Shown: positions 31,132-41,356, counted from the stretch's first letter. The stretch: DNA of 64,000 nt from Spirochaetota bacterium (GCA_963664815.2 CAXXHB010000003.1:3840001-3904000); one strand, 5' to 3'. Notes: generated by a model from the sequence alone, not told the origin. Program-made: numbers and translations.

Positions 31132-33669
31132 TCAGTCAAAAGAGAGCTCAGTCCTCCCGATTATATCATATTGCAGCGGTTTACTCAGTTCCACAAAGAC
31201 AGCACTGTATCCCGCAACACGTACTACGAGATCCCGGTAGTTGTCAGGATGTTTCATAGCATCCTCAAGGGTCTCCCGGCTTATTACGTTGAACTGGCAG
31301 TGCATCCCCTTCCGGTCAAAATATGAGTCAATCAGCGAAATGAAATTATCCCTTCCGGCCTCTCCCGATACAGCGGAGGGTGAGAATTTCATGTTGAGAA
31401 GCGTCCCGTTCCCTGCCCGTATATGATCCAGTTTTGCAACCGAATTAACCATTGCAGTAGGACCGTTTACATCATGCGCCCTGACCTGTGTATGGACTGC
31501 GCCCACGCAGTCTGAAACCGGCTCAAGGGCTTTTCTTCCTTCAGGGGATGCCCACTGCACCAGACCGATAGCGATATTTGCTGAAACCGAATAGACTCCC
31601 GGCAGATATTTCCCGCCACGCGAATTGGGCCTGTTTTCCACATGTTTGCAGTATGTATCAGCTGCGAATTTTGCCAGACTGTCCGCATAATCATCATCGT
31701 TACCATAATGATGAATTTTATCGCTGTTTACCAGCGCATAGAGAGGCTCATAGCCTGCCCAGTTTTTTTCGCATGCGTCGAGAATATCTTTGCCGCTTAC
31801 CTTCTTTTCCTCGAAAACAAGCTGTTTGATGGTTGACATTCCGTCCGCGACGGTCCCCACCCCCACAGCCTGCGGCCCTGTAAAGTTATAGACCGCTCCG
31901 CCTGCCGACACATCAATGCCACGTTCGATGCAATCGTCTATAAGCGCCGAGAGATATGGAAGCGGTTTCATCTCCTGATGAACCCTGTCCATAATTTCGA
32001 TACCGGCAATCATCCGGTCAACCCAGTATTTCATCTGTTTATCGTATGAATCGAGAACCTGATCGAAGGTGGTAAAATCTGCCAGACTCCCTGTAGAAGG
32101 TCCTATTTTTTCACCGATGCCCCCGCAGACATCCCACCGGGAGCAGTGCTGACCGCACCCGATACAGCGTCCGTCATTTATTGCAAGTTCGAAAACCTTG
32201 GATATGCTGAAATAGGCAGCGTCATGCCAGCCGTATTCCTTCCCTCCGGCGTCGATCTCAACGCACCCCACTACATGATAATTACGGGAATCCTCCGGAG
32301 TCCTCCCGGAGCGAAGCGATGCAGGTATAGCAGCCTGATCGTTGAATATTTTAGGCTGACCTGTGCCGATAAATATTGTATTGGCAGTTTTAACCTTCAA
32401 CTCCCGCGGCGTATTCTCGTGCCACCTGACTGCCAGCCAGGGAGTACCCCACCTGGTATGCGCAAGAGCATCCAGACACATATAGGTCAGGTCATTCGTC
32501 GCGTCCTTCCCCTCTTTGTCAACGCCCCCTATCGTCAGGGAATCGCCACCCATTCCCCTGCCTGAGTTGGCTATTACTGTCATCCTGTCACGGAGTTTAG
32601 TCCACCAGAGATCCTTCATATACAGTATTTCCAACAGTTCCTGTATAGATTCCCTGGTGGCAGCGCCTGACCTGATGTCAGCGTCGTAAAATGGATACAT
32701 GTACTGATCAAACCGGCCGAAGGAAACAGAATGCCCGTTAGTTTCAGCCAGGAGTATACTTGTTGCCATGAACAACAGCTGAATCGCTTCCCAGAATGTC
32801 CTCGGCCTGTTTTCCGATACCCAGTCGCAATTATCAGCGATTTTCAGGAGAATCCCTTTCCATTCCGCATTCTTCTCTTTTTTTGACAAATTACGCGCAA
32901 GGGCAGCATATCGCCGCAGATAACCGCCGGCAGCATCAAGCACTATAAGTTCAGCCTGGTAAAAGTCGCGCTTGCTGCTGTATTTCGGATCGGATGGATC
33001 CAGCTCCTGCATCTTTTTCTGAACTGCTTTTTTCAGACCTCCATACCCCAATGAAAAGAGTTTTTCATAATTCAGCTGCAGATGCCCTATGCCGCCGAAC
33101 ATGTACAGATTAAGGAGATACACGTTGCGTTCCAGGTTGGTCCCCTTTTTCTCATCCCCGGTCATCAATGATGCAACCTTTTCATCTATACTCTGCCCTT
33201 TCCAGAAACTTTCAATACCAAAAAGCTTTTTCCTCGATTCTTTAGTGATAAAGTATTTGTCATGAAGCCTTTTTTCCCACGGGTGATTCTTCATTTCATC
33301 AGTTATCCATGAATACGAATGCTCCGGAAAAACAGGGCTGGCTTTCATCGGTGCAGCCGCCTCCCCGACAATAAGTTCGTCAGGAAGAATATGTATTGTG
33401 ACATTGCTCAGCACATGCGCCAGTGCCCTGGCACACTTGATTATCTGGGGTGAGTCACTATATTTCTGATAAGCCTCGGTTACAAGGCATGCCCTTTCGT
33501 GGTCAACGGTGAATGGGCTGTCAAGGATGAATCTCCGGAACCGGTTCACGCGCGGAAAAGGGGAATGCGTGTCTCCCATGCAGTTGGCTCCCACTCCCCA
33601 TTCCCTGTCGACTGGCTCTACCGGAAGGGGTGTTGTTGTGTTTATCGTCGATCTGTCCGTCACGTTCAT
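31132..33669 (-). CDS. glycyl radical enzyme (PFL2/eliminase-like), substrate unknown
   Basis: Cys loop VVGCVE, Gly loop VRVAGYS, GRFDQY and YGNDDDYAD; AGGAGG RBS before the ATG at 33669. Confidence 0.92.
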   Translation of the reverse strand: MNVTDRSTINTTTPLPVEPVDREWGVGANCMGDTHSPFPRVNRFRRFILDSPFTVDHERACLVTEAYQKYSDSPQIIKCARALAHVLSNVTIHILPDELIVGEAAAPMKASPVFPEHSYSWITDEMKNHPWEKRLHDKYFITKESRKKLFGIESFWKGQSIDEKVASLMTGDEKKGTNLERNVYLLNLYMFGGIGHLQLNYEKLFSLGYGGLKKAVQKKMQELDPSDPKYSSKRDFYQAELIVLDAAGGYLRRYAALARNLSKKEKNAEWKGILLKIADNCDWVSENRPRTFWEAIQLLFMATSILLAETNGHSVSFGRFDQYMYPFYDADIRSGAATRESIQELLEILYMKDLWWTKLRDRMTVIANSGRGMGGDSLTIGGVDKEGKDATNDLTYMCLDALAHTRWGTPWLAVRWHENTPRELKVKTANTIFIGTGQPKIFNDQAAIPASLRSGRTPEDSRNYHVVGCVEIDAGGKEYGWHDAAYFSISKVFELAINDGRCIGCGQHCSRWDVCGGIGEKIGPSTGSLADFTTFDQVLDSYDKQMKYWVDRMIAGIEIMDRVHQEMKPLPYLSALIDDCIERGIDVSAGGAVYNFTGPQAVGVGTVADGMSTIKQLVFEEKKVSGKDILDACEKNWAGYEPLYALVNSDKIHHYGNDDDYADSLAKFAADTYCKHVENRPNSRGGKYLPGVYSVSANIAIGLVQWASPEGRKALEPVSDCVGAVHTQVRAHDVNGPTAMVNSVAKLDHIRAGNGTLLNMKFSPSAVSGEAGRDNFISLIDSYFDRKGMHCQFNVISRETLEDAMKHPDNYRDLVVRVAGYSAVFVELSKPLQYDIIGRTELSFD

Positions 33670-33749
33670 GGTGTTCCTCCTGTTAGTTTTATCTGACATA
33701 AATCCTGTTTCAACGGAATTATACCGTCAGTGTTACATGATTTCAGCCT

Positions 33750-34127
33750 TCAGCCCTTCTGCGGCGACAGCTTGCTGAGCGCAGTTAAAAACCACATAAA
33801 TTCCTTGTAGTTACCCTCTGACTGAAGCTTTTTTTCAGTCATGGCAGCTATAAGGGCCTCGTCATCTCCGGATGTCATTACACTGAAAGCGGTATTGCCG
33901 TCACACCATATTAAAGATGCATCAGCCTGATTAAGATCTTTTGAAGATGTCCTGACAGTGCCATCCTTTATAATAAAAGCTTTCCCCTGACCGCCTGCGG
34001 TCTTCATAACAATCCTGATGTTTTTCCCTTTAATAAACTTCCGGAAGAGATCATTCTTCTTCGATGCCTTTTGCAGTTTCTGACCCAATATTAAGAGTAA
34101 TAATGTAAATTTCACAGGTTCCTCCAT
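33750..34127 (-). CDS. small SCP2 (sterol carrier)-like protein
   Basis: Pattern FIIKDG.V....ADASL...TAFSVM...AAMTEKKLQSEGN resembles the SCP2 fold (inference). Confidence 0.55.
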   Translation of the reverse strand: MEEPVKFTLLLLILGQKLQKASKKNDLFRKFIKGKNIRIVMKTAGGQGKAFIIKDGTVRTSSKDLNQADASLIWCDGNTAFSVMTSGDDEALIAAMTEKKLQSEGNYKEFMWFLTALSKLSPQKG

Positions 34128-34170
34128 ATATAAATATTTATTGACAATTAATTAGAACATGCTGATGATT

Positions 34171-34191
34171 AATTGTAACACTGTATCAATT
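34171..34191. promoter_or_regulatory. putative TetR operator
   Basis: Imperfect palindrome AATTGTAACACTGTATCAATT between the divergent GRE operon and tetR. Confidence 0.4.
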
Positions 34192-34227
34192 ATTAGTCAA
34201 CAGGATTTTACCGGATACCGGGAAAAA

Positions 34228-34350
34228 ATATATGTTAATTCTTTATTATATACATAGTGTAAAATAAATTATCATATCTCCCGGCCGCCTTCACCGGTGG
34301 GGAAAATAGAACATTTTCTATAAATAAAAAGTTCCGGAATTATTATTGAT
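34228..34350 (+). repeat. ~123-bp dispersed MITE-like repeat, copy 3
   Basis: TGTTAATTC...TAGTGTAAAATAAA...ATATCTCCCGGCCGCC...AATAGA...GTTCCGGAATTATTATTGAT matches copy 1. Confidence 0.68.
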
Positions 34351-34396
34351 AAAAATGACATTACATTTATCAATAGCTGATCAGAGTAAAGGAAAT

Positions 34397-35038
34397 ATGG
34401 CAAATAAAGCACGATCACAGGAAGTTATTAATTTTCAGAAACAACAGATGAGCAAGGCGGCTCTGGAAATAATTGTTAATGACGGGTATGACAACCTCAG
34501 CATAAGAAAACTGTCAAAGAGTCTTCAGGTTTCAACCAGCACAATCTATAATTACTTTAAAAACCGTGATGAAATTTATATTTATGTACTGAATTACGGT
34601 TTCGAGATGCTCTTCGATGAATTTAAAAACGCCTGCGATTCTCATAAAAAGCCGGTTGATAAACTGAAAGCAATCTGCGACACTTTTCTTTCTTTTTCAA
34701 CCCGCGAGAGGGATCTGACCTTTATAATGCTTATCCTTGATACTCCAAAGTATCATGATTATGTAGAGACTGATTATGAAGCTTACATGGGGATTGAATT
34801 GAGAAATGCCCTCAAATGCAGGGATATAATAATGAAGACGATCACCGAAATAGCTGATGCAAACCCTTTGTTCCCAAGGGAGGATATACCATATCATACG
34901 TTCAGCATCATTACCAGGATGATAGGGCTTGCGACAATTAAAAATAACAATTTAATTAAATATATTTCCAGTGATATGGATGGTGAGACTGAGAAGCTGC
35001 TTAAAGATATTATACATCCATTCGAGGTGATTCAATAA
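34397..35038 (+). CDS. TetR/AcrR-family regulator
   Basis: GYDNLSIRKLSKSLQVSTSTIYNYFKNRDEI; ATG at 34397 with AAGGA RBS. Confidence 0.9.
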   Translation: MANKARSQEVINFQKQQMSKAALEIIVNDGYDNLSIRKLSKSLQVSTSTIYNYFKNRDEIYIYVLNYGFEMLFDEFKNACDSHKKPVDKLKAICDTFLSFSTRERDLTFIMLILDTPKYHDYVETDYEAYMGIELRNALKCRDIIMKTITEIADANPLFPREDIPYHTFSIITRMIGLATIKNNNLIKYISSDMDGETEKLLKDIIHPFEVIQ

Positions 35039-35186
35039 CATTATTTTCAAAAAGAATACCTGCAGTTATTCCGTGCAGAACATGGGGAACCACCTGAGCC
35101 GGTATCGTTAAATCGTTATTGCCCAGACTTCAGAATTAACCCTCTGTGGTTTACAGCAGATCCCTTTTATAGAAAAGAGGTACACA

Positions 35187-36194
35187 ATTAAAACTTTTGT
35201 TAATACAACCAGCTCATTTAATAATGCCCGCTATGTCACAGGGGAGAAGAAAGGTCACTATGAAAGCTATTTCCTGCGGGCTAATCATCCGTCAAAACCT
35301 CTGGCGTTCTGGATACGTTATACTGTTTTTGTACCAAAGGGGCTCCCTGATAAGGCAACTGGCGAAATATGGGCCACATGGTTCGACGGTGAGACAGCAG
35401 AGCATGTTTCGGTTAAGGAGGAGTTTTCAGGCGCTGACTTCAGCCTGTCATCAAATATTCTTGATGTCCGTATCGGCATTTCTACGCTTATCCATGGCAG
35501 ACTTAATGGTTCATCCTCTCTCAATGGCCATACAATAACATGGAATCTATCATACAGAGGAGAAGAGAAACCTTTGTTCCTGTTTCCTCTTTCAATGTAC
35601 GAAACAAAACTGCCGAAGGCAAAGAGTCTGGTGGGCCTGCCTTGCGCGGAATTTACAGGGAGCATAACAACTGACGGAACAGCGCACATTATTGATTCCT
35701 GGATCGGGAGTCAGAACCATAACTGGGGAAGCCGCCATACAGACGATTACGCATGGGGGCAGGTAGCCGGATTCGATAACGCCCCGGTAAGCTTTCTTGA
35801 ACTTGCCACTGCACGTATAAAGATAGGACCTATCTGGACTCCCCGGATGACTCTCATCGTGCTCAGGCATGAGGGGAGAGAATACGCTCTGAACACAACC
35901 CGCTGCAGCCTCAGGGCCAATGGCCGTTTCGGCAGATTTTTCTGGAATTTTTCTTCAGGAAATGAACTGGCATATATCGAGGGTGAGATTGTATCGACTC
36001 CCCTGAATTTTGTAGGACTTACATACCACAATCCGCCAGGCGGCGACAAATTCTGCCTTAACTGCAAAATCGCATCGTGCAGAGTTTTGCTGACCATTCC
36101 TGGAGAAAATCCGGTTTTGCTTGTAACCGGGAACCGTGCAGCATTTGAGATACTCACCGATGATCCGGCACATGGCGTTAAGATGTACGTATAG
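35187..36194 (+). CDS. beta-rich conserved hypothetical protein (tocopherol cyclase/AttH-like fold possible), apparent ATT start
   Basis: The frame of ORF 35574-36194 is open back to the stop at 35109 with no ATG/GTG/TTG. AGAGG SD lies 6 nt before ATT at 35187. Contains GHYESYFLRANHP..AFWIRYT and GSQNHNWGS.H...YAWGQ. Confidence 0.65.
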   Translation: MKTFVNTTSSFNNARYVTGEKKGHYESYFLRANHPSKPLAFWIRYTVFVPKGLPDKATGEIWATWFDGETAEHVSVKEEFSGADFSLSSNILDVRIGISTLIHGRLNGSSSLNGHTITWNLSYRGEEKPLFLFPLSMYETKLPKAKSLVGLPCAEFTGSITTDGTAHIIDSWIGSQNHNWGSRHTDDYAWGQVAGFDNAPVSFLELATARIKIGPIWTPRMTLIVLRHEGREYALNTTRCSLRANGRFGRFFWNFSSGNELAYIEGEIVSTPLNFVGLTYHNPPGGDKFCLNCKIASCRVLLTIPGENPVLLVTGNRAAFEILTDDPAHGVKMYV

Positions 36195-36417
36195 TCAACA
36201 GAATCGGCTTCAGATGATTTATACAAAAAATTGCCGGCTATGTCATTGTCAGCAACAGCTTGCCGGACAGGATCCGTAAAGCAACAGTAGCAAAAGAAGA
36301 GAGATGGCCTCTATAAAAGGTATAACCGGTTACAAAATAAAAATTTTTATAAAAAACAGTTTCAATATTTGACATATAACAATCAATACTATGAATTGCC
36401 GCTAAGAGGTTGGTTTT

Positions 36418-37557
36418 ATGATTAAATATATCCGTCTTATGATACCGGTACTGCTTATTGCGCTTACCGTTCCTGCACAACTTTCCGCTGTGGAGAAAAA
36501 TCTGTACAACGAACAGCGTACATTCGCCCGCGCCATGGTGACAGAAATTGAACATGTAAAAGAGGATGAAAACAATCCATACGATGTAATGGTAAAAATT
36601 CATCTTAAAATTCTCGAGGGCCCCAAGAAAAATGAAAGCCATATTGTTGAATTCAAAGGTGATGATAATATGCCCAAAGGGATGTTCTACCAGGAGGGTG
36701 ACACTGTCTTTGTCGGTATCTCCAAATTCATGAAATCAAACGATGTTGATTATATTTCCATATATGATGTGGAGAACACGAAAGGTTTAATAATACTTGG
36801 AATACTTCTCATCATCTCCATTATAGCAGTCGGAAGGCTTAGAGGAATACTCTCAATGGCGTCGCTAGTTGCAACTATATTTCTTCTTTTTTATCTCCTT
36901 GTACCTCTGACTCTTAAGGGTAAATCCCCAATACCAATGGCCGTAGCCATTACGCTTTTCGCAATAGTTATTACTATACCCATTATACTCGGTTTCCAGA
37001 AAAAAACCATTGCAGCTATTATCGGTGCCTCAAGCGGGGTACTGATAGCCACTATTCTTGCGCTGACCACAGGATGGGTTATAAGACTTACAGGAATAGT
37101 CACAAACGATATGATGACGGTATTTTATGCCTCAAGCATAGATATTGACCTGAAGGGACTTGCTCTTTCAGGGATAATAATCGCCTCCCTTGGCGCGATT
37201 ATGGACGTATGCATATCCATAGCATCGGCAACCGAGGAAATATTCCGTGTCAACCCTGAAATCTCATTCGGTGAGGCATTCAAATCAATCCTGACTGTAA
37301 GCTCCGATATGCTGGGAGCTACGATGAACACGCTTCTCTTTGCATATGTAGGAACTTCGCTGCCGCTTGTTCTTATTATTGCTTTAAAACTGGAACCTGG
37401 TATTCCAATCACCATGGTTCTGAATTACAATCCCGTTCTGAGCGAACTGGTTCAATCAGCTATCGGCTGTATTGGAATGTTTCTAAGCATGCCGGCGACT
37501 GCCCTTATATGTATAAAGCTTCACATGAAAAGCCGGAGAAATACACAGACTGATTAA
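36418..37557 (+). CDS. YibE/F-family membrane protein
   Basis: GIIIASLGAIMDVCISIAS, MNTLLFAYVG and multiple TM segments. Confidence 0.88.
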   Translation: MIKYIRLMIPVLLIALTVPAQLSAVEKNLYNEQRTFARAMVTEIEHVKEDENNPYDVMVKIHLKILEGPKKNESHIVEFKGDDNMPKGMFYQEGDTVFVGISKFMKSNDVDYISIYDVENTKGLIILGILLIISIIAVGRLRGILSMASLVATIFLLFYLLVPLTLKGKSPIPMAVAITLFAIVITIPIILGFQKKTIAAIIGASSGVLIATILALTTGWVIRLTGIVTNDMMTVFYASSIDIDLKGLALSGIIIASLGAIMDVCISIASATEEIFRVNPEISFGEAFKSILTVSSDMLGATMNTLLFAYVGTSLPLVLIIALKLEPGIPITMVLNYNPVLSELVQSAIGCIGMFLSMPATALICIKLHMKSRRNTQTD

Positions 37558-37711
37558 TGGATTTGTTTTTTTTACTCGACTTTTTAAAAAAATTGATATT
37601 ATTTTACCGTTATACGTACTATAAACAATAATACTATTGCAAATATATAACCTGATGTTTTCAAAATTGTGCATTCCATAATGCCGTATGGATATTATTC
37701 CGGAGGAACCT

Positions 37712-39034
37712 ATGTTTTCAGCAGCATACACAGCGTTTATAATTGCCTCAGCAGTTTTAATAATATATTTAACCTACAGGTTTAACCTGAATCCGTTTTT
37801 TATTCTTATACCGGCTTCTTTTATTTTCGGCATGGTATGCGGAGTTACTCCGGCAAATACAATAACCGCAGTCAGAAACGGTTTCGGGGCAACAATTGCA
37901 TATTACGGGATCCTTATCATTGCCGGAACAACTATTGCAGTTATCATGGAAAAGACAGGGGCAGTAATAACAATCGCAATTGGCATTGTAAGGATAACCG
38001 GCAAGAAAAATTCTCCTGCCGCTCTTACGGCGGCTGCAGGCATACTCGCTGTTTCATGTCCTTCAGAGTCGGGATTTATTCTTTCTGCCCCGATAGCGAA
38101 GTTTCTTGAAAAGGATGGCGGAAAACAGGCAGGAACCTTCACAATCGCCCTTGCAACAGGAATTTTTACTGTTCACTCTCTGCTCCCTCCGTCAGCAGGG
38201 CCAATTGCCGCTGCGGGAATACTCAACGCGGCCATATGGAAAATATTCCTTATTGGAATAGTATCCTCCGCAGCCGGAGTGGCGGCAGCATACTTCTGGT
38301 GCCGGGAATTTGTCTCTGCAGATGTCGATATTACAAGTCATCTCTCCGATAAAAAACATATTATGGGGAAGGACCTGCCGTCTCTTCAATCTTCAATACT
38401 TCCGCTGGCTGCGCCGCTTTTCCTTATTACAATAAGGTCTCTCACAACTCTTCAATCAAGACCATTCGGGAATGGTATATTCGCAGCTTTTTTTGAATTT
38501 TCCGGCGATCCCTCCGTTGCGATACTTGTCGGTCTCACACTGGCTCTTATTCTGCTGGACAGAAAGGATTTAGGTAAAACCTTCACCGACTGGGCTGCCG
38601 AGAGCATAGATCGATCCGCAAATCTGCTCATAATTGCCGGAGCAGGGGGCGCCTTTGGTGCAATACTTAAGATGACACAGCTTACAAAAATGATATCAGA
38701 AAACTTTGTATTCACAGGTATCGGACTGCTGCTCCCTTTTCTCATTGCTGCCGCAATAAAGACAGTTAACGGATCCTCATTTATTTCAATAATCACCGCC
38801 GCCTCTGTATCCGCCGCCCTGATCCCGTCCATGGGAATTGACCCTGCATTCGCTGCAGCTGCAGTTTCTGCAGGTTCCATGGTAGTCTCTCATGCCAATG
38901 ATCCCTACTTCTGGATAGTTTCAAGATACAGCGGAGTAAGCACAAGGGATTCATATAAACACTTTACCACATCAACCCTGATAGCCGGAACTGCTTCATT
39001 TATTTCAATATGGATAATGTCGCTGTTTTTTTAG
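37712..39034 (+). CDS. GntP-family permease
   Basis: HSLLPPSAGPIAAA, GAGGAFGAIL and SHANDPYFWIVS; GGAGG RBS before 37712. Confidence 0.88.
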   Translation: MFSAAYTAFIIASAVLIIYLTYRFNLNPFFILIPASFIFGMVCGVTPANTITAVRNGFGATIAYYGILIIAGTTIAVIMEKTGAVITIAIGIVRITGKKNSPAALTAAAGILAVSCPSESGFILSAPIAKFLEKDGGKQAGTFTIALATGIFTVHSLLPPSAGPIAAAGILNAAIWKIFLIGIVSSAAGVAAAYFWCREFVSADVDITSHLSDKKHIMGKDLPSLQSSILPLAAPLFLITIRSLTTLQSRPFGNGIFAAFFEFSGDPSVAILVGLTLALILLDRKDLGKTFTDWAAESIDRSANLLIIAGAGGAFGAILKMTQLTKMISENFVFTGIGLLLPFLIAAAIKTVNGSSFISIITAASVSAALIPSMGIDPAFAAAAVSAGSMVVSHANDPYFWIVSRYSGVSTRDSYKHFTTSTLIAGTASFISIWIMSLFF

Positions 39035-39062
39035 CAAAACAAATAAATGACGGAGAATTTAA

Positions 39063-39713
39063 ATGAACATCAATAACGATAAATCACTGTATAGAACAGC
39101 CTTTAATTTAAGCCTTGTAACAATATTCTATAATATCATTGAAGGCCTGGTGTCTGCGTATTTCGGGTATACCGATGAGACTCTTGTCCTGTTCGGCTTC
39201 GGCATTGACAGTTTCATTGAGGTATTGTCAGGGATCGGCATTGCACATATGATAGTAAGGTTCAGAAAAAATGATTTCAACAAAGAAAACAGTTTCGAGA
39301 AAACTGCATTGAAAATAACAGGATCATCATTTTATCTTCTCTCAGCGGGTCTTGCTGTAACAGTAATCTACAACATATATACCCGGCATGCACCCGAAAC
39401 TACTTTCTGGGGAATTGTAATCTCTCTGGCATCAATAGCCACAATGTACTTTCTTATGAAAGCCAAGTTAACTGTCGGGACAAAGCTTCAGTCACAGCCG
39501 ATTATCTCCGATGCGGGATGCACCAGGGTCTGCCTTTATATGTCGTTTATCCTTCTTGCATCAAGTTTAATCTTTGAGTTTACAGGGATAAGTTTTATCG
39601 ATTCTCTGGGAGCAGCCGGACTCGCGTTCTATTCGTTCAAGGAGGGGAGGGAATGCTTCGAAAAGGCTGAGGGTGAGGAGTGTTCATGCTCCTGCGGTGG
39701 AAAGTGCGGATGA
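39063..39713 (+). CDS. cation transporter (short CDF-like) with Cys-rich tail
   Basis: YNIIEG, GFGIDSFIEVLS, ~6 TM segments and C-terminal ECSCSCGGKCG. Confidence 0.75.
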   Translation: MNINNDKSLYRTAFNLSLVTIFYNIIEGLVSAYFGYTDETLVLFGFGIDSFIEVLSGIGIAHMIVRFRKNDFNKENSFEKTALKITGSSFYLLSAGLAVTVIYNIYTRHAPETTFWGIVISLASIATMYFLMKAKLTVGTKLQSQPIISDAGCTRVCLYMSFILLASSLIFEFTGISFIDSLGAAGLAFYSFKEGRECFEKAEGEECSCSCGGKCG

Positions 39714-39832
39714 TAATTCGGGTTATTTCAAAAAAACATGAAAGACAGTAATAATTAATTTAATTCTCCCGGTCACAACCGGAGATGATTGTAAAAAAAA
39801 GTAAAAAAGACTCCTTCACTACACCCTGCCGA

Positions 39833-40420
39833 TCAGATTGTATGCTCACTGTGTATTATACCTACAAGGTATATTTTATCCTTTTCTTTCTTAAAAACAA
39901 GGTGCAGCGCTCTCCAGTCTATGCCTTCATACTGAGGATCAATCATGGGAATCATGAATTCTGTAAATATACACCCTGGATATGCTTCATTAATATTATT
40001 TGCCGTGTTTCCTCTCTGGACAACTTCATTCACCGATACCTTCCCTTTTGTCAGAAAATCCGCATCATAGACAAACCTGCCGAAGTATTCCTTAATTGTC
40101 ATTTTTATCGGTTCACCGCTCCCGTCATACTCACCCCAGATATATTTCTTCCCGGGCTGTTTAATGTTTATAAGCTGTTTTGCGGTAAATTTCTGATCCT
40201 TTCCGGTATCAATATATGAATATGGAGTAAATCTTACTCCAAGCTCCGGATGAACATAAGCTGCGAAAGCTTTATAGTTTCTGACTTTTATTGTTTTAAG
40301 AATGTCCTTTGAAAGATTTATGAGAACTGCATCCGGCACTTTCCCGGTATTATCCGATGCCTGAATACCGGTACTCACTGCAATTAAAACTATCATAACC
40401 ATGTTGAGAAAATATTTCAT
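39833..40420 (-). CDS. exported conserved hypothetical protein
   Basis: Signal peptide; VHPELGVRFTPYSY, WGEYDGSGEPI and DWRALHLVF. Confidence 0.75.
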   Translation of the reverse strand: MKYFLNMVMIVLIAVSTGIQASDNTGKVPDAVLINLSKDILKTIKVRNYKAFAAYVHPELGVRFTPYSYIDTGKDQKFTAKQLINIKQPGKKYIWGEYDGSGEPIKMTIKEYFGRFVYDADFLTKGKVSVNEVVQRGNTANNINEAYPGCIFTEFMIPMIDPQYEGIDWRALHLVFKKEKDKIYLVGIIHSEHTI

Positions 40421-40432
40421 AACTTTGAACCT

Positions 40433-40879
40433 CTATTTATTATCCCTGCTCTTTTCCCTTTTTCTCCATGTATCCAAAGTCACGTATTCATCATCTGTTA
40501 TGTCAAGAATGGTAATCTTATAAGTAACGGGATCTACATGGAAAAAGTAGTATGTTTCAAACCTGTCGCTGCCGCTGTACCCCACCTGTACAGAGTAACC
40601 GCGCCTCTTTTCATCATTATCAATTATTGATGTGACCCCCTTCCTGTGGAGGGAAACTTCTTCTATATTTTTTTGCGCCTCTTTATACTCCGTGAGTTCA
40701 GATATCCTTTTGATTATCTCATCCTGTACTTCAGCAGAGATATTTTTCTTACCTCTCCATTCATCTTCCGCTCGGGGTTCCGCGCCCGGGAGGAATCCTT
40801 CACTCTTTCTGACGGAATTTCCCGCACATCCGGAAATCATAAAGAGAACAATTATGGATAGAAATACTGCTTTCTGCAT
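40433..40879 (-). CDS. hypothetical lipoprotein
   Basis: Hydrophobic leader ending ISGC. Confidence 0.7.
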   Translation of the reverse strand: MQKAVFLSIIVLFMISGCAGNSVRKSEGFLPGAEPRAEDEWRGKKNISAEVQDEIIKRISELTEYKEAQKNIEEVSLHRKGVTSIIDNDEKRRGYSVQVGYSGSDRFETYYFFHVDPVTYKITILDITDDEYVTLDTWRKREKSRDNK

Positions 40880-40885
40880 AACATT

Positions 40886-41356
40886 TTACCTGCTCCTGAC
40901 AAATTCGAGGTACTTTGTGTCACATCTTTTAAAACATACATACTGGTTCATTGAATTCCCGTAGTTCTGTATGAGAATTTTGTCTTCAGAATAAAGTCCC
41001 TCAATGGCTGTTTTATCACCGCTGCGAAGTGTACCGCTGAATACAAGGTAGGTCTGCTCATCATCTTTTACAATTGTCAGTTTACCGCTGCTCTTTACAC
41101 CCGCGCCGTTTATAGTATAAATGAAACCGCTTTTATCTTTTTTAACAGTTATCATAATATCACACACCTTGGTGTCTGACGATCTGTATGTACCGGAGTA
41201 ATCAGCTTCACTTACCTTTTTCTCTGATGCTGCGGATTTACTCTCTTTAATATTCTGCGCGGAACTGTTGCTCCCTGCGCATGAGATACATGTGAGCAGC
41301 AGTAAAATCATCACTCCGCCCGTCAATAATACATTTAAAGATTTATAATTATCCAT
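40886..41356 (-). CDS. hypothetical lipoprotein
   Basis: Hydrophobic leader ending ISC, then a Ser/Lys linker. Confidence 0.7.
   Translation of the reverse strand: MDNYKSLNVLLTGGVMILLLLTCISCAGSNSSAQNIKESKSAASEKKVSEADYSGTYRSSDTKVCDIMITVKKDKSGFIYTINGAGVKSSGKLTIVKDDEQTYLVFSGTLRSGDKTAIEGLYSEDKILIQNYGNSMNQYVCFKRCDTKYLEFVRSR

Noticed and set aside
35197-35538. 113-aa ORF suggesting a frameshifted pseudogene with 35574-36194
   Set aside because: The protein-like sequence is in the same frame as the downstream ORF, so no frameshift is needed.
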